Notes: generated by a model from the letters alone, not told the origin. DNA of 64,000 nt from Anthoceros angustus (GCA_010909165.1 MU008179.1:372001-436000); one strand, 5' to 3'; counted from the first letter of the stretch, positions 1 to 12,282 are shown. Translations and numbers: made by a program.

Positions 1-90
1 CATAGGCATAGGCATAGGCATAGGCATAGGCATAGGCATAGGCATAGGCATAGGCATAGGCATAGGCATAGGCATAGGCATAGGCATAGG
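1..90. repeat. (CATAGG)n hexamer microsatellite, 15 perfect copies, truncated by the window start
   Basis: Perfect 6-bp tandem repeat read directly from bases 1-90. Confidence 0.97.
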
Positions 91-733
91 AACAAAAATC
101 AACCACGGCTACGGGGAATATATACCTATAAAGAACAAAATACTTTGTAAATATAACATATAATAAAAAAAGTCATAGTATGTAGCAATCTAGGAATTGT
201 GAGGTACTTGGGTATATTTGTCACAGCATAATGTCTGCAACCTCGAAACGCCAATGAATTATTTTTCATTGGGCACGTGGCAAGAACTTTGGGGCCTTAA
301 CACCCAGACGACACTTGTTTCTAGGCTAAAGGCAAATGGTAGATAACATTCGACATATAACCCTAACTTGGAAGTATGGGAATGAGTAACATTTAAAGTA
401 TACATAATATTTATCGGGATAGCACTTACGAGGGTAGACTATATTGATGCCAGGAATCCTTGCCCTTCGCTCAGCAATTAGTATTTGCATATGATTAATG
501 TGGTGCCCTGGCTAGCTCCCGGACATGGCATCATGTTTAACACGCAATGGAATTTGAAAGCTGAGTGTAGAAATCGAACTCACACTACCTACGCGCTAGA
601 AGACATTACGAATACGTTCTGCCTAAGAATACAGGAAAAACCGCCGGTGTGGAAAATCGGGTTTGGCAGACGACCGAGGAATGATGTATGACATTTGAAT
701 GTCGTTTATATTGAATAGAATCGAAAGCGGAAG

Positions 734-757
734 GTATGTATGTATGTATGTATGTAT
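734..757. repeat. (GTAT)6 microsatellite downstream of UBP6
   Basis: Direct reading. Confidence 0.85.
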
Positions 758-917
758 ACAAGTCCGGACTCACGGTACGTTCTCATACGCACACCCCGCG
801 GCCTAGTAATATCTACCTACAACGGCGACAAAATGGAACTGATAAATACGGTAGATAGACGAATGGTTCGTTCAAAATGGACACGAGCCAAGTACCTTCT
901 CATCGTGAGATTAGGCA

Positions 918-3900
918 CTACGACCCCGCTGGGGCAACTCGAGCTCTGTACATCAGAATGTAGGCCATGTGCCAATCCCCTGTCACAGCCACCTCCCTGT
1001 CAGGCACCAGCTGGAAAGAAAGGAAAAAGAAAGCGAAAGGAGAGCCGCAACTTCAATCAGGCAAAAAGAAGCCTGTTCTCTCCTCCGTGACGCACCTCCT
1101 CCCGAAAGCTTGGTGATCTCCTCTTCCCTTTGAGGGATCGGCTTAGCGTCATCGTACTCGATCCATTTACCTGATTCAAGGCCAGGGCCACGTTAACTCA
1201 GAAGTAAGTCAAACGCCGGACCAGCTACCCATCGATGCCCCAAAAGGTTGCACACACCATTCTCTTGCTTGACCCACGCCACGTAGTGTCCCGAATCGAT
1301 GCTCCGGCCCTTGTGGGTCAACACCGTACCCAAGTCGTAAATCCCTGTCAACCGTGAGCTGCCTGCAAAGGATACGAGAGTAAGATGTACTTTGCACTCG
1401 TTAGGGATTTCTGGTGGCGAGGTAGCTGCACGAATGGACACTGTCATGCAAGCTCGGACACAGACCTCCGTCCGCAAAATTCCCGGATGAAGACGGGGCC
1501 GTGGCTTGGCCCCATTGCTGAAAAGTGGCACCAGGTGTGTCAGCAAGCGGTGATATCATCCCTCAACTCATCGGCCCACAGGCAACCCCCACACAGGAGG
1601 AGCAGCGAAACATCATCACTCACCTCTGCATCTGCGGTTTCTTTCCCCTTCACACGTTGGTTTTCAGCGGAGCCTTGGTTAGTCTCAGTCGCAGAACCTC
1701 TTGCTGTGAGGCCAGCCTGCACATCCTCTGCCCTGCGTAGTGCCTGAAACCACGAGCACGAGTTGTAGGCAAATGTCGCCAGCTGCTCAGGACCTAAGAT
1801 ATCAAAGCAACTGAGGACCCGATACCCGCGTACCTCTCTAGGCTCCTTCAACTTCGCTTTGAGCTCATCGGTGCAGAAGTCGAAAACGTCCAAAACTAGT
1901 GGAAAATCCACTTTCTGACCACCACAGATACATGGCTCCAGTTAGTAAAAGCAATACTGGATAGCAAACCCGAGATTACATGGATGGTTACGACACCACA
2001 AGATGCAGTACCCGCAAGATCTTTGCCTTCTGCTCCGAATTCTTCTTCCAAAAGAACCTCACAAACTGAACTGTGAGGTACCTGATTGGAAAAAGGAACA
2101 AGAATTATTCAGGTGCGGCAAGACGAACAATGCACTGGCTCATGATCAGATGGGTAAACTTGCCAAATGACATGGTACAACAGGCTTACGGTGGCAATTG
2201 GCTGATGTATTGCTGTTTGACAAATACAGCACTCCGCCCCAACAGCGGCGATGTCTTTTCCAGCTCTGATTTCAACCCCTGTCACTCAATCCAAGCTCAG
2301 GCAAAAAGCCAACAATTGTCTGCTTTTGACACAAGAGCAAAAGAATTCTGTCATAAGAATCACCTGCTTTAAACCATCATGCAAATGGTTGACGTCCTGA
2401 GTGATGTGACACTTCAGTGTGAAGACCGTCTCTGATTCTGTACTTTCCTCCCGGCTCTCATCACACGTCCAGCTGCAACATGTTCAGTTCCAGGGAGTGA
2501 TTTTACCCAAGGGTGTTGGACACGAAGTTACCATAATCTAGGCCTCCAATCACAGTCCGCTTAATGGTCAGAAAAACACAAAGACCAAGGAAGAAGGAAA
2601 AGAAAGCACACATACACGTTCGTGAATTGAATTTCGAAAAGCTGTTTCACTACAGGAACTGAAGGTCTGCAACAATGCTTGATCAGATTCATAAATCCTG
2701 TCTTGGGCAGTTCGCTGATGCTGCTCAAAGCAACGAAAGGCAAAGATGCAACGAAAGTCAAAGCAACCTTTTGTCGGCCCCATCCTTGAGAGCCATGTTC
2801 AAGCCAGTCACCAAATGATTCCAGCATTCCTCAGCATCCTGACAGACCGCAATCAAGAGGATGTATCAGTCTTCCAGAGATGAGTAGAGGCATGACCCCA
2901 ACAAACTCTCTGCCACAACAGCTACCACCCACAGAACAAATGTACCTGCTGCATGTACAGCCCTTGAGATGTTTCGGCAAACTGAGGAGCCATGCTTCGC
3001 AGAGCCTAAGAACCAGAACGAAACCATCAGAATGCATCATTCCCCACTCTAAAAACAGCGAAAGCATTTTGAAACGAAGAGGAAATTGAACAAGACCTGC
3101 AAGAATCGGTCGGGAGCTACAGGGCGACGACTTCGGTCAAGCTCGTTAAACAGGTCCCTAGTCGCCAAAGTGAGAGTGTGTGATTGCGGATTCAAACCTG
3201 CAAAAGATCCAGAGATGGCATACCTGCGAAAAATTTCTTGCCCCGTCAGTGCCCAAGGTCGTGACTTTTCTAAGATCACTTTCCTAGAGACTCATGACAA
3301 GAAAGAGGTGAGCAACTCCAGTAGAAACCCACTTCTGCAGGGCGGCCTTAAGTTCTGGCACAGAGTGTAGACACTGGACAGTTGAGTTCATGTAGCATGT
3401 GTTCCCCAAATTCACCAACCCTGCAGTGTATCCCTGTATACCCAAAACATGCAAAAACAGCACAGGCGTCAGCGATGGTCTCTTTTAACTAGCCACCAAG
3501 TTCGCTCCTAGCAATCTACAGAACTAATTGTTTCATTGCAATGAATCAGTTTGAAACAAAATTCCACACAGCGTTGGTGGAAAGATGAAACATTCACATA
3601 TGGGGATGAAAAAGCCTGTTGAGCACATACTAGATTGGCAACACTTTGCTCTTCTTCAGGAAGATCCTCCACAAATACAGGACTCTTCTCTGGTGCTCTA
3701 GGGATCTCATCTGCTGTACCCATCATCATAAGCTTCTGACCCTGTTCGTGACCATGCAAAATCGGCAGCATCAGGCCGCCGAAGTCTCCAAAAATGATGC
3801 ATTTTGTAATCAGTTGAATGTAATCTACCTGCTTCAAACCCAGCGTGCTCCAGTCCCCATCATCCTGACATAGCAGTGCGAAGTGTCAGTGTGGTTCGTT

Positions 3901-4428
3901 ATTCATGGAAAAACATATGCCTGAAATCGTACAAGTCCTAGAACGGAAAAGCTCTGCACATACTTTAAGGAGAGCACCCTTGATCATGATTTTCTGCCTG
4001 TCGGGGGGGACACCAGTGAGGTCATACAACTGACACTTGAACACATACGGTGGTTGCTCTGTGTCTACCTCCACGGCAGGGAATGTCGCCTTTTGCCATT
4101 TTACACTAACTGATCCACGAACACACAATTCACGTCAAATAACAGCAAGTTCAAATTCTCAGTAAAGGATCCGAAGCGAACCCAACCCTAAACCAGAAAA
4201 CAGTCAGAGAGTCAAAATTATGCTCTGGAACAATGAAGGATGTCTGAATCCTTCATTCTGCCAATACGTGTGCTGCTTGGGATACAGTGGAATCAGGTCG
4301 CATCCCTTAAAACACCATCCAAACAGGTGCGCAATTCAAACAACAGACTTGCTCCCATAGTATGCAGCCAGCTCACTGGAATTGTCATCCTATTCCGCTG
4401 AAAGCATTCACAACTCGCCTGTCGGCAT
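918..4428 (-). CDS. UBP6: Ubiquitin carboxyl-terminal hydrolase 6/7 (USP14/Ubp6 orthologue), multi-exon
   Basis: Spliced translation gives the UBL N-terminus MPTVSVKWQK...FKCQLYDLTGVPPDRQKIM, Cys box GLVNLGNTCYMNSTVQCL (~3370-3430), His box VLTHKGRSIDSGHYVAWVK (~1270-1330) and C-terminus GKWIEYDD...LSGGGDWHMAYILMYRAR, stop at 918-920. Not every internal exon boundary was resolved. Confidence 0.93.
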
Positions 4429-4770
4429 CTTAGCTGCTACAATCCCTCACAGTTGCCCAGAGTCTCCTCCAGTTCGCGTGCTGCTGCGAAGTCCAACGGT
4501 ACTGAGAGGCTGCTAATTCCAGCCCCTTGCTTTTATATGTATAAAGCTCGAAGACCAAATTTTCGTACCCAATGCACTCAAACCCTAGAAGACAAATACC
4601 ACTGCTTCTTCACTGGTTACAACCCCGTAGGGCAGACCAGGGTTCGTCACTTTTGTGCCAACCCTTAACTGTATTATAATTTTTGAGACGGGATCGGCAG
4701 TCTATTTATTTTTGATAATTTTTTCATGGGCTATTAATTATCAGGTCAATAGTGTCCAATCATCATCCCA

Positions 4771-5777
4771 TATGGAATACCGATCTGGTCACGCGCCATC
4801 CACATTTTTTCAGGGTTGTGGACAGAAAGAAATAGTCTCGCCACATGCGGCGGAACTATTTCCTTATGTCGGTTTCACATGACCACATCGGTCTTGGCTG
4901 CGGCCCCCGGTGTAGCGATCTCGTCAAGCTGATGATACACAAAAACTTTTCACGATGATACACACAATTCTCTCGGGTTTAGGGTAGCGTTGCGCTCTGT
5001 CATGGGCATTTCTTGTGCCCTTGCATCATGCATCTGCTGGGTGGCGTATGTGTGCGGTTGCGTTTGCGCTGCGCTTACCATTTGCATTTACATTTGCGCT
5101 GCGCTTACCATTTGCATTTGCGTTTGCGCTGCGCTTACCATTTGCATTTGCGTTTGCGCTGCGCTTACCATTTGCATTTGCGTTTGCGCTGCGCTTACCA
5201 TTTGCATTTGCGTTTGCGCTGCGCTTACCATTTGCATTTGAGTTTGCGCTTCGCTTACCATTTGCATTTGCGTTTGCGCTGCCCTTACCATTTACATTTG
5301 CGTTTGCGCTGCCCTTACCATTTGCATTTGCGTTTGTGCTGCACTCATCGTTTGTGTTTCTTTGCTGCGGTGAGTCGTTGCCCTTGCGTGCGGTGCGGTG
5401 TTGTATGGCACCGGCTACATACAAAGTTTTGCCATTTTACACTTTTATGGTCTGATTTCACATAGCGTAAGTACCACAAACAAGCTTGTACCAGAAGAAC
5501 CAACACAAGAAGGCCGCATGTTAACATGTATGTGTGGTGATCGGAACCCTAAAACCCTAAATAACAAAACATGTGCATGACACAATGGGAACACCAAGCG
5601 AAAACTTGTCATACAAAGTTTTTGCCCCGCCTAAGACCCTACCAAAGCTGATGTGGCACATATTATACGTGTATTGTACGCAAGAATCTTAAAGATACCG
5701 TGGCATATTTCCGTGAGTACACCCAAAAAAAACAAAGCCACACACACGAAGCCGCGTGACCAGAACGGTATTCCATA
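4771..5777. mobile_element. Non-autonomous DNA transposon (MITE-like) with ~25-bp TIRs and a 6-bp flanking direct repeat
   Basis: Left end TATGGAATACCGATCTGGTCACGCG is the reverse complement (1 mismatch) of right end CGCGTGACCAGAACGGTATTCCATA; ATCCCA lies immediately outside both ends (4765-4770, 5778-5783). Confidence 0.8.
5059..5343. repeat. 30-bp minisatellite, ~9.5 copies (TGCGTTTGCGCTGCGCTTACCATTTGCATT)
   Basis: The GCTTACC/CCTTACC core recurs every 30 bp from ~5071 to ~5311; lies inside the TIR element. Confidence 0.95.
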
Positions 5778-6428
5778 ATCCCAGGTGATAATGAACAGCG
5801 CAAATATACTTGACTAGGTAGAGAATAGTTCTGAGGACTTTTATATAGAAAGTAAGCTACATTAATTACAAATCCAATAAATATAATGAACTTAATAAAT
5901 TAATTTTCTTAATTATAACATAAATCAATCTTCTTGTTATGATACCTGACCACGAGGTAGTTCGCTAGACCTGCGACAGCCAACTCGTTTGCTGGTGTTT
6001 GTGGAGCATCGTAAATTTTTGGTATAGACTAGGTACCTAGTAAGGAAAAGAAGTAACCAAGTTTCATATATGAAATCAAATATAAAACGTAGTTACTTTT
6101 ATTTACTGTAATTCTTGGACCTCTCTCATATATCATTTAGTAGATAAACTCACTTCATCTTATTTATTTTATTAATAAAAATATAGTTTTAAAAAACCTA
6201 ACTCGATAAATATAGAATCACATCCAACTAGCCGCATTTGGCACCTCATGTACCGACACCTAGAATACCAAGTGCCTCATACAGAAAAATTCCGTCCAAA
6301 GTGGTCTATAATAGACTTAAGAGGACGTGGTCTACTCCACGAAAACCGGTACAAACCCGAGCTGCCGGTCCTGCGTATAGGTTGCACATTGTAGACGAAA
6401 TTGCAAGATCCAGTGTTCAGAAAGGTTT

Positions 6429-6445
6429 AAACCCTAAACCCTAAA
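6429..6445 (+). promoter_or_regulatory. Tandem telo-box (AAACCCTA) upstream of NOP58
   Basis: AAACCCTAAACCCTAAA ~120 bp before the NOP58 ATG; telo-boxes are an established feature of plant ribosome-biogenesis promoters. Confidence 0.7.
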
Positions 6446-6566
6446 TTTGTGTCTACGACGTGGGACTTCGGATCCGCTCTCCCGCCTGCCGCTTCAGGGA
6501 CTGGAGCCAGACCAGGGACTTCCAAAGACCGTTACACAGTGATTACCACTGCGAGCGAACGCCACC

Positions 6567-9500
6567 ATGTTGGCGTTGTTCGAGACCCCCGCGGGGTTCG
6601 CCTTGTTCAAGGTGTTGGATGAGCAGAAGCTGAATTCCGTGGAGGTGAGTATCTGCAATCGTAATGCTGCAGCAGTAGTTGTGCGTTGCTCTCGTCGCCT
6701 GCGCTGCTCTTCGGCGGCGTGACTTTCAGCTGGTTGAAGGCGGCTCGGTTTTGTGGGACAACGCGGGGAAGAGACCTTGGGATCACAATTTCTGCACTTG
6801 GTTCTGTGCAGGACATATGGAAGGAGTTCGAGTCTCCAGACGCAGCGAGGAAGGTGAATGGACCATTTAGGGCAAGCTGGAATTGGCTGGCTGCGATTGG
6901 TGCCGGCTGTAGGGATGGATGATTATCGTCTCAATTTGTGGGAGTGGATGCTAATTGCTGACTGACGGCGGGGAATGTGGACTCTCTGCTCACTGCACTC
7001 CTTCCACCGCAGGCTGTCAAGTTGAAGGCTTTTCAAAAGTTCGCAAATACGGCGGAAGCACTTGGGGCAGCCACCGCTATTGTGGACAGCAAGCTATCCA
7101 AGGGTCTCAAAAGGTTTTTGAAGAAGGAAGTGCAAGGGGAGACACTCGCTATTGCCGATTCAAAACTGGGCAAAATTGTCAGCGATAAATTAGTAAGATA
7201 ATTTGCATTCTCGCGTCAGTTGATTCACAAGAGTAAAATGAGAACATGGTCGTAATCTTCAGGACGTGCTTTCTGTCTGACTGTCACAGAACATCAACTG
7301 TATATATAACAGCGCAGTCATGGAGCTCATGAGAGGAGTCCGCTCACAGCTAGCTGAGCTCATTAGTGGACTTGCAGGACAAGACATGGGTGCCATGAGT
7401 CTTGGGCTCTCGCACAGTCTGTCCAGATACAAACTGAAATTTAGTCCTGATAAGGTGAGAACCTGGGATGACCTTGTAGCCGTTAGGTGGATTTGGAATG
7501 CCAGGATCGGTTTTCCTTTTTAATTATTGTGTCTTTTCTGATGCTTCTTGCTCGTTTAAGAATAGCGTCCAAGCTGAGTTCTCTTTGTTGTCTTGGTCAT
7601 GGCGTTTCAGGTGGACACCATGATTGTCCAGGCTATTGGGCTTCTAGATGACTTGGATAAGGAATTGAATACATATGCTATGCGTGTTCGGGAATGGTAT
7701 GGATGGCACTTTCCAGAGCTGGGAAAGATTGTTCAGGACAACATTAAGTACGCAAAAGTAGTGAACTTGATGGGCAGTAGAGAGTGTGGGCGAAATCGAC
7801 GTCTCCGGAGTAAGAACTTGCCCTGCTGCATTGCATGGACTTGGTCTTGGTCTTGGTTGCTGGTCAGTTGACGTTGATTCAGCGCATGGTGATGTGTGTG
7901 CTTTGCAGATTTTAGAGGAGGAGGTTGAGGCGGAAATGAAGGAAGCTGCTAACGTCTCCATGGGCACAGAAGTTAGTCAGCACGATATGTTAAATATCAA
8001 AGCTCTTTGTGACCAAGTCATAGCCCTTGCAGAATACCGAGGCCAGTTATATGATTATTTGCGAACCAGAATGATTACCATTGCACCCAATCTAACTACA
8101 ATGGTGGGAGAGCTTGTTGGTGCCCGGTTGATCGCACATGCTGGGAGTCTTATCAACCTTGCCAAGCAACCAGCCAGTACTGTGCAGATCTTGGGTGCGG
8201 AAAAGGTGTGTCGCTGGTCTTGCAGTTGTGATGGGCTGGTCTGCTGCTGTTTTGTGGTTATTTGGTTTTACGTCTTGACTTATGCTTGTGCCATCTGTGA
8301 TGCAGGCTCTCTTCAGGGCTCTGAAGACAAAGCATGAGACTCCAAAATATGGATTGATCTATCATGCTTCACTCATTGGGCAGGCTCCCCCGAAATTCAA
8401 AGGGAAAATTGCTCGCGTTCTTGCTGCTAAATCTGCCCTGTCAACCCGTGTTGATGCTTTGGGAGATGATTCGAACTGCAGTATCGGTCTTGAAGATAGG
8501 CTGAAGGTTTGTGCTTTCTTACTGCAGCTGTGTCTGGATGAGAGTGGCTTGCGAGGTTCACAGTTCATCCGTGGAACTTGCATTAGGGTCCCGACGTTGT
8601 GACGTGTATTTTTTATCATGTCTGATATCAGGTGGAGGCCCGCCTAAGGAGTTTGGAGGGGAGAGCCCTGAAAAAGTTAAGTGGGGCCTCTAAGGGGAAT
8701 GCTAAGATTGAGGCATATGACAAGGACCGAAAGAAGGATGCTCCGGGCCTGATAACCGCTGCCAAGGTATATCTGTCTTTTGAGCTCTCCTCTGCATGTT
8801 GTGAGAAATCAGAAGGAAAAGCCTGTTCTTTTAGTTGGGAGCTGCTGGGCCCCTATTGCTGTGATCTTCATGTGGGTTACCTACCTACCAGTGATGTCAC
8901 CTAGGTGTTGTACCAGTGAGTGCAACTTTGTTGTGGCATGGCTAACTTAAGATTATGGTTTTGTTCAGTCATACAACCCAGCAGCCGACTCCACTGTGGG
9001 GCTGCTGCAGCCTGCGGAGACAGCAAGTGGTCAAGAAAGAAGAAGAAGAAGAAGCGTGAACCCGAAGAACCAGCAGCAGCGCCAGTAGCAGCTATTGAAC
9101 CAGCTCCAGAAGAACCTCCGAAGAAGAAGAAGAGGAAACCCGCAGTAGAAGAGGTTGTGGTGACTCCGGTGCCGAGGAGGAACCGAAGGTTCTGTCTCGG
9201 TTCCTGTCTCTTGTTTAGCCCCGATACCCCTACTCACGTCCTTCGTGTTCTAAGTCTGTATTTCGCATGTCTCCAGAAGAAGAAGAGAAGGCTGCTGCTG
9301 CGACTGCCGTGGCAACTCCAACGCCACCAGTTGCAGACCAACAGCAGCCTGTGAAGGTGGTTGTCTTACCTCTTGTTGCTTTTGTCGCTGTACTCATCCA
9401 TGAGAACTTGATCAACGTTCCCGCCCAAATAGTGCGCCTCATTAACCCTGGGTTCCTTCTCCTCGGCAGAGCAAGAAAGAAAAGGCTGAGCAATCAGCTA

Positions 9501-9630
9501 CAGAAAAGGTGACGACGAAAAGCGCAAAGTCGAGGTCACAGTTGAAAAGACGACAGTTGAGGCGATAAACGGGTCGGAGAGTGTCGAGAAGAAGAAGAAG
9601 AAGAAGAAGAAGAAGAAGCAGGCGGACTAA
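6567..9630 (+). CDS. NOP58: Nucleolar protein 58 (box C/D snoRNP core), multi-exon, with apparent small frameshifts
   Basis: [19 protein letters not shown]..., [51 protein letters not shown] domain [47 protein letters not shown]-rich tail ending KKKKQAD*. Frame breaks at ~7780, ~9000 and ~9280. Confidence 0.92.
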
Positions 9631-10703
9631 TGTTAGACCTGACTCTCCCTCTTTCAGGCCTGGAGGATCCTCTCTTCTGGTGGGATGGAAGGCCTTAATT
9701 TTGCTCCGTCACCTTGTTGGGTAGCCAACAGTATGTATTGTTTATGGAAGTGTCTCCGGGACTCGGGGAGGTGTGCCCTGTCTATCTAGGGCGCACAACC
9801 GATTTTGTGAAGGCTTCTCATAGCCTAGAGTGGCTCTCCCAGGCAAGAAATGAGGCAGGCTTCCGCCCGCCGAGCGCGAGGTAGGTCTGTTGGGGTGCCA
9901 GTCAAGCGTGTGTTGCCATAGTAGCTGAGAATCTCTGTCACCTTACAGCGCCTAACGCCTCCCGGAGAAGGCCGCCGCCCGCGTGAACCCATGCGGGCCC
10001 TATCTCCATCGTGCCCACACATTTGTAACCAATCCGGCAGCAGGGCACTTGTGGCTGCCAGCATTGTAAGTTATCAAATTTGCAGGTGTTTGATGAAATG
10101 GCAGGTGTAGATGCTATCGAGGGCGCTCATGAGTCACCTGGCACCACTCTTATGATCTGACCGACAGTTTTTCCACGTGCTACGCCTGCCTCCAAGGTGG
10201 TTGGTGTAGCATAGTGCTTCCTAGCTCTTCATAAAAGATGAAGTTGAGCTTTCTGACTCTTCAAAAAAGGCGAAGTTGAGCTTTCTGGCTCGGCCTGCCA
10301 CACAGACAGAGAAAGGCAAAGTTGAGCCGTATTTGACCCAGGTACCATATATAGCTCTGTTAATGAATGGGATGTAAATGAATGAATTAAGGAGGCAGAG
10401 CCTAAACGTGAGGAGCTTTGAAATTATTGGTTCCCCCGAGCCTGTTGCATTCCGATTGGAGGATTAGGAAGGGGCAAAAGCGGCAAGCAGGAAGCCCGGG
10501 CGCAAGGCGAGCATGGCTGCAGATGAGATATTTTGATGCGTGGAAAGCGAGGATCAGATACACGCAAGGAAAGTGCACACTGCGCAGGCTCGTCAGCGAG
10601 CGGACTGGTACAAATAGCGGGCCGTTGGGCACTGCATTCCAACGATTTCATCCATCAATTTCAGCGCTTCCCGGGTCTCCGAGTCGTCGTGCGGAATCGA
10701 GCC

Positions 10704-11347
10704 ATGGCAGCATCCCAGCTCCTGTTCCTGGCCGTGGCCATGGCGGCAGCAGCCCTGGTTGCAGGCGACGCGGAAGTGGTGGTGGATTTCTGCGTGACGG
10801 ACCCGGCGCCCGGCAACTCCATCCGACCCACCGGAAGCCCCTGCAAGGCTCTGGCCGACGTCAAGTCCTCCGACTTCAAGTTCACGCTGGTGCCGGGCGC
10901 CCCGGGCGGCCGCCTCAACTTCGGCGTCGCGGTGGGCTTCGCCGACCAGTGGGGCGGGCTCAACGGCCTGCAGGTTGCCATCGCGAGGCTGGATTTCGGA
11001 AAGGGCGGCCAGATCCTCCCCACCACCACCCGCGCGCCACCGAGATCTTCTACGTGGTGAAGGGCAAGGTGCTGAACGGCTTCATCGACTCCGCCGGCAC
11101 CCTGTACGAGGAGGTGTTGAGCGCGGGCCAGGCCTTCGTCTTCCCAGAGGCCTCATCCACTACCAGCAGAACGTGGGCAAGGGCCCCGCCTACGGCATCT
11201 CCTCCTTCAACAGCCAGAGCCCCGGCCTGCAGCTCACATTCAACGCCGTCCTCGAATCCAACCCCTCATTTCCTCCAAGGATCTCGCCCAAACTCTCAAC
11301 GTCAAGAAGAGCGAGGTCGACTCCTGCGCAAGGCCTTTGGAGCCTAA
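10704..11347 (+). CDS. Germin-like protein (cupin), intronless, signal peptide; four single-C frameshifts in C-runs
   Basis: MAASQLLFLAVAMAAAALVAG signal, DFCVTD, GLNGLQV, germin box P-HHHPRATE, F-P-RGLIHYQ, ends RKAFGA*. Restoring one C at each of four C-runs gives one 215-aa ORF. Confidence 0.85.
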
Positions 11348-12282
11348 TCGTTCAGCACCTGTCCGCCTCCGGATCCGGAGCTTCCTCGTTCAGGTCCCCT
11401 AGTGTGTCCCCAGTTGTTCCCAGTCCTAGTCCAGTCCGGTGACACCAGTGATAGGGATATGTAAGCAAGCGCACCGATTAATGCTCGCTGCGGATTTGAT
11501 CTTTTGCTTTTCCTTGGGGAGACAGTCACGGCCCAGGCCTGGCTGTGCCAGTGGTAGCCATCTCCTCAACGTTTTACATTTTATCACATGACCTTGTGTG
11601 AGCACACGTCCCTCTCGGCAACCCAGTGCCGTACACTCTACGCCCATGAGTTTACTCGTAAACCCTTGGCCTGCATGTGTGCTTTGTGGTGCTAGGTGCG
11701 CAAGCTAGTGTTCCATCGTTGTTCAGCAGACGACTGAATCAGGAACAATGTTCTCGAAACCGGAAGATCAGCAGCCGCATACGCCCGCACCATGCTTCCG
11801 GATATGGAACAAGGGTTGAGAGATGCAGGTTGTGCGATAAAGGACTTCAGCTACGTCCGAATATCGGAAGGACAACGTACCCACACCTCCCACGTGCGCC
11901 ATGTCTCCGAGTCCCGAACAATATTCGCAAGATCCGTTTTGGTCTTGCACCGTGTCCCGACGCCATCCTTCAGACAATCCCGTTTGGAAGGGGCTTCCTT
12001 GGTCAGGAACCAGACCTGTTCGCCCATAATATGGTTTAAAGCCTTTTGACCCATAATATGTTCTGCGCCTCTCCCAAGGTGGCTCCTGCAGCAAAGTGCA
12101 CTTTGCCTCGGCTCACAACTGCATTGAAGGCTGTCAATATTAAAATATTGAAGGCTGTCAATATTAAAATGATGTACGCAGGCATGATGTAGGTATCAGG
12201 GAGGCAGATATGCCTGCAATGCATGTCAGTGGCCGCAGATTGGTGAACTTGTTGGTTAGCCCTGAAAGCTGCAAGCAGAACA

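Noticed and set aside
1-90. Telomere call for (CATAGG)n
   Set aside because: Wrong strand polarity for a left chromosome end and not a known plant telomere unit; kept only as a microsatellite.
485-1090. ORFs 485-691 and 740-1090 (+)
   Set aside because: No recognisable motifs; the second is antisense to UBP6 last exons and starts in a microsatellite.
5059-5343. CRISPR array or repeat-protein gene (ORFs 4990-5465, 5026-5424)
   Set aside because: Head-to-tail repeats with no unique spacers, eukaryotic context; the ORFs are by-products of a stop-free minisatellite inside a TIR element.
5780-6230. Helitron or MITE in the AT-rich stretch upstream of NOP58
   Set aside because: CTAG words are present but no convincing hairpin, TIR or TSD.
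7455-8626. Intronic box C/D snoRNAs in NOP58 (GGATGA...CTGA at ~7465-7541 and ~8538-8620)
   Set aside because: C boxes deviate from RUGAUGA, no terminal stems, and the CTGA sites double as likely branch-point sequence.
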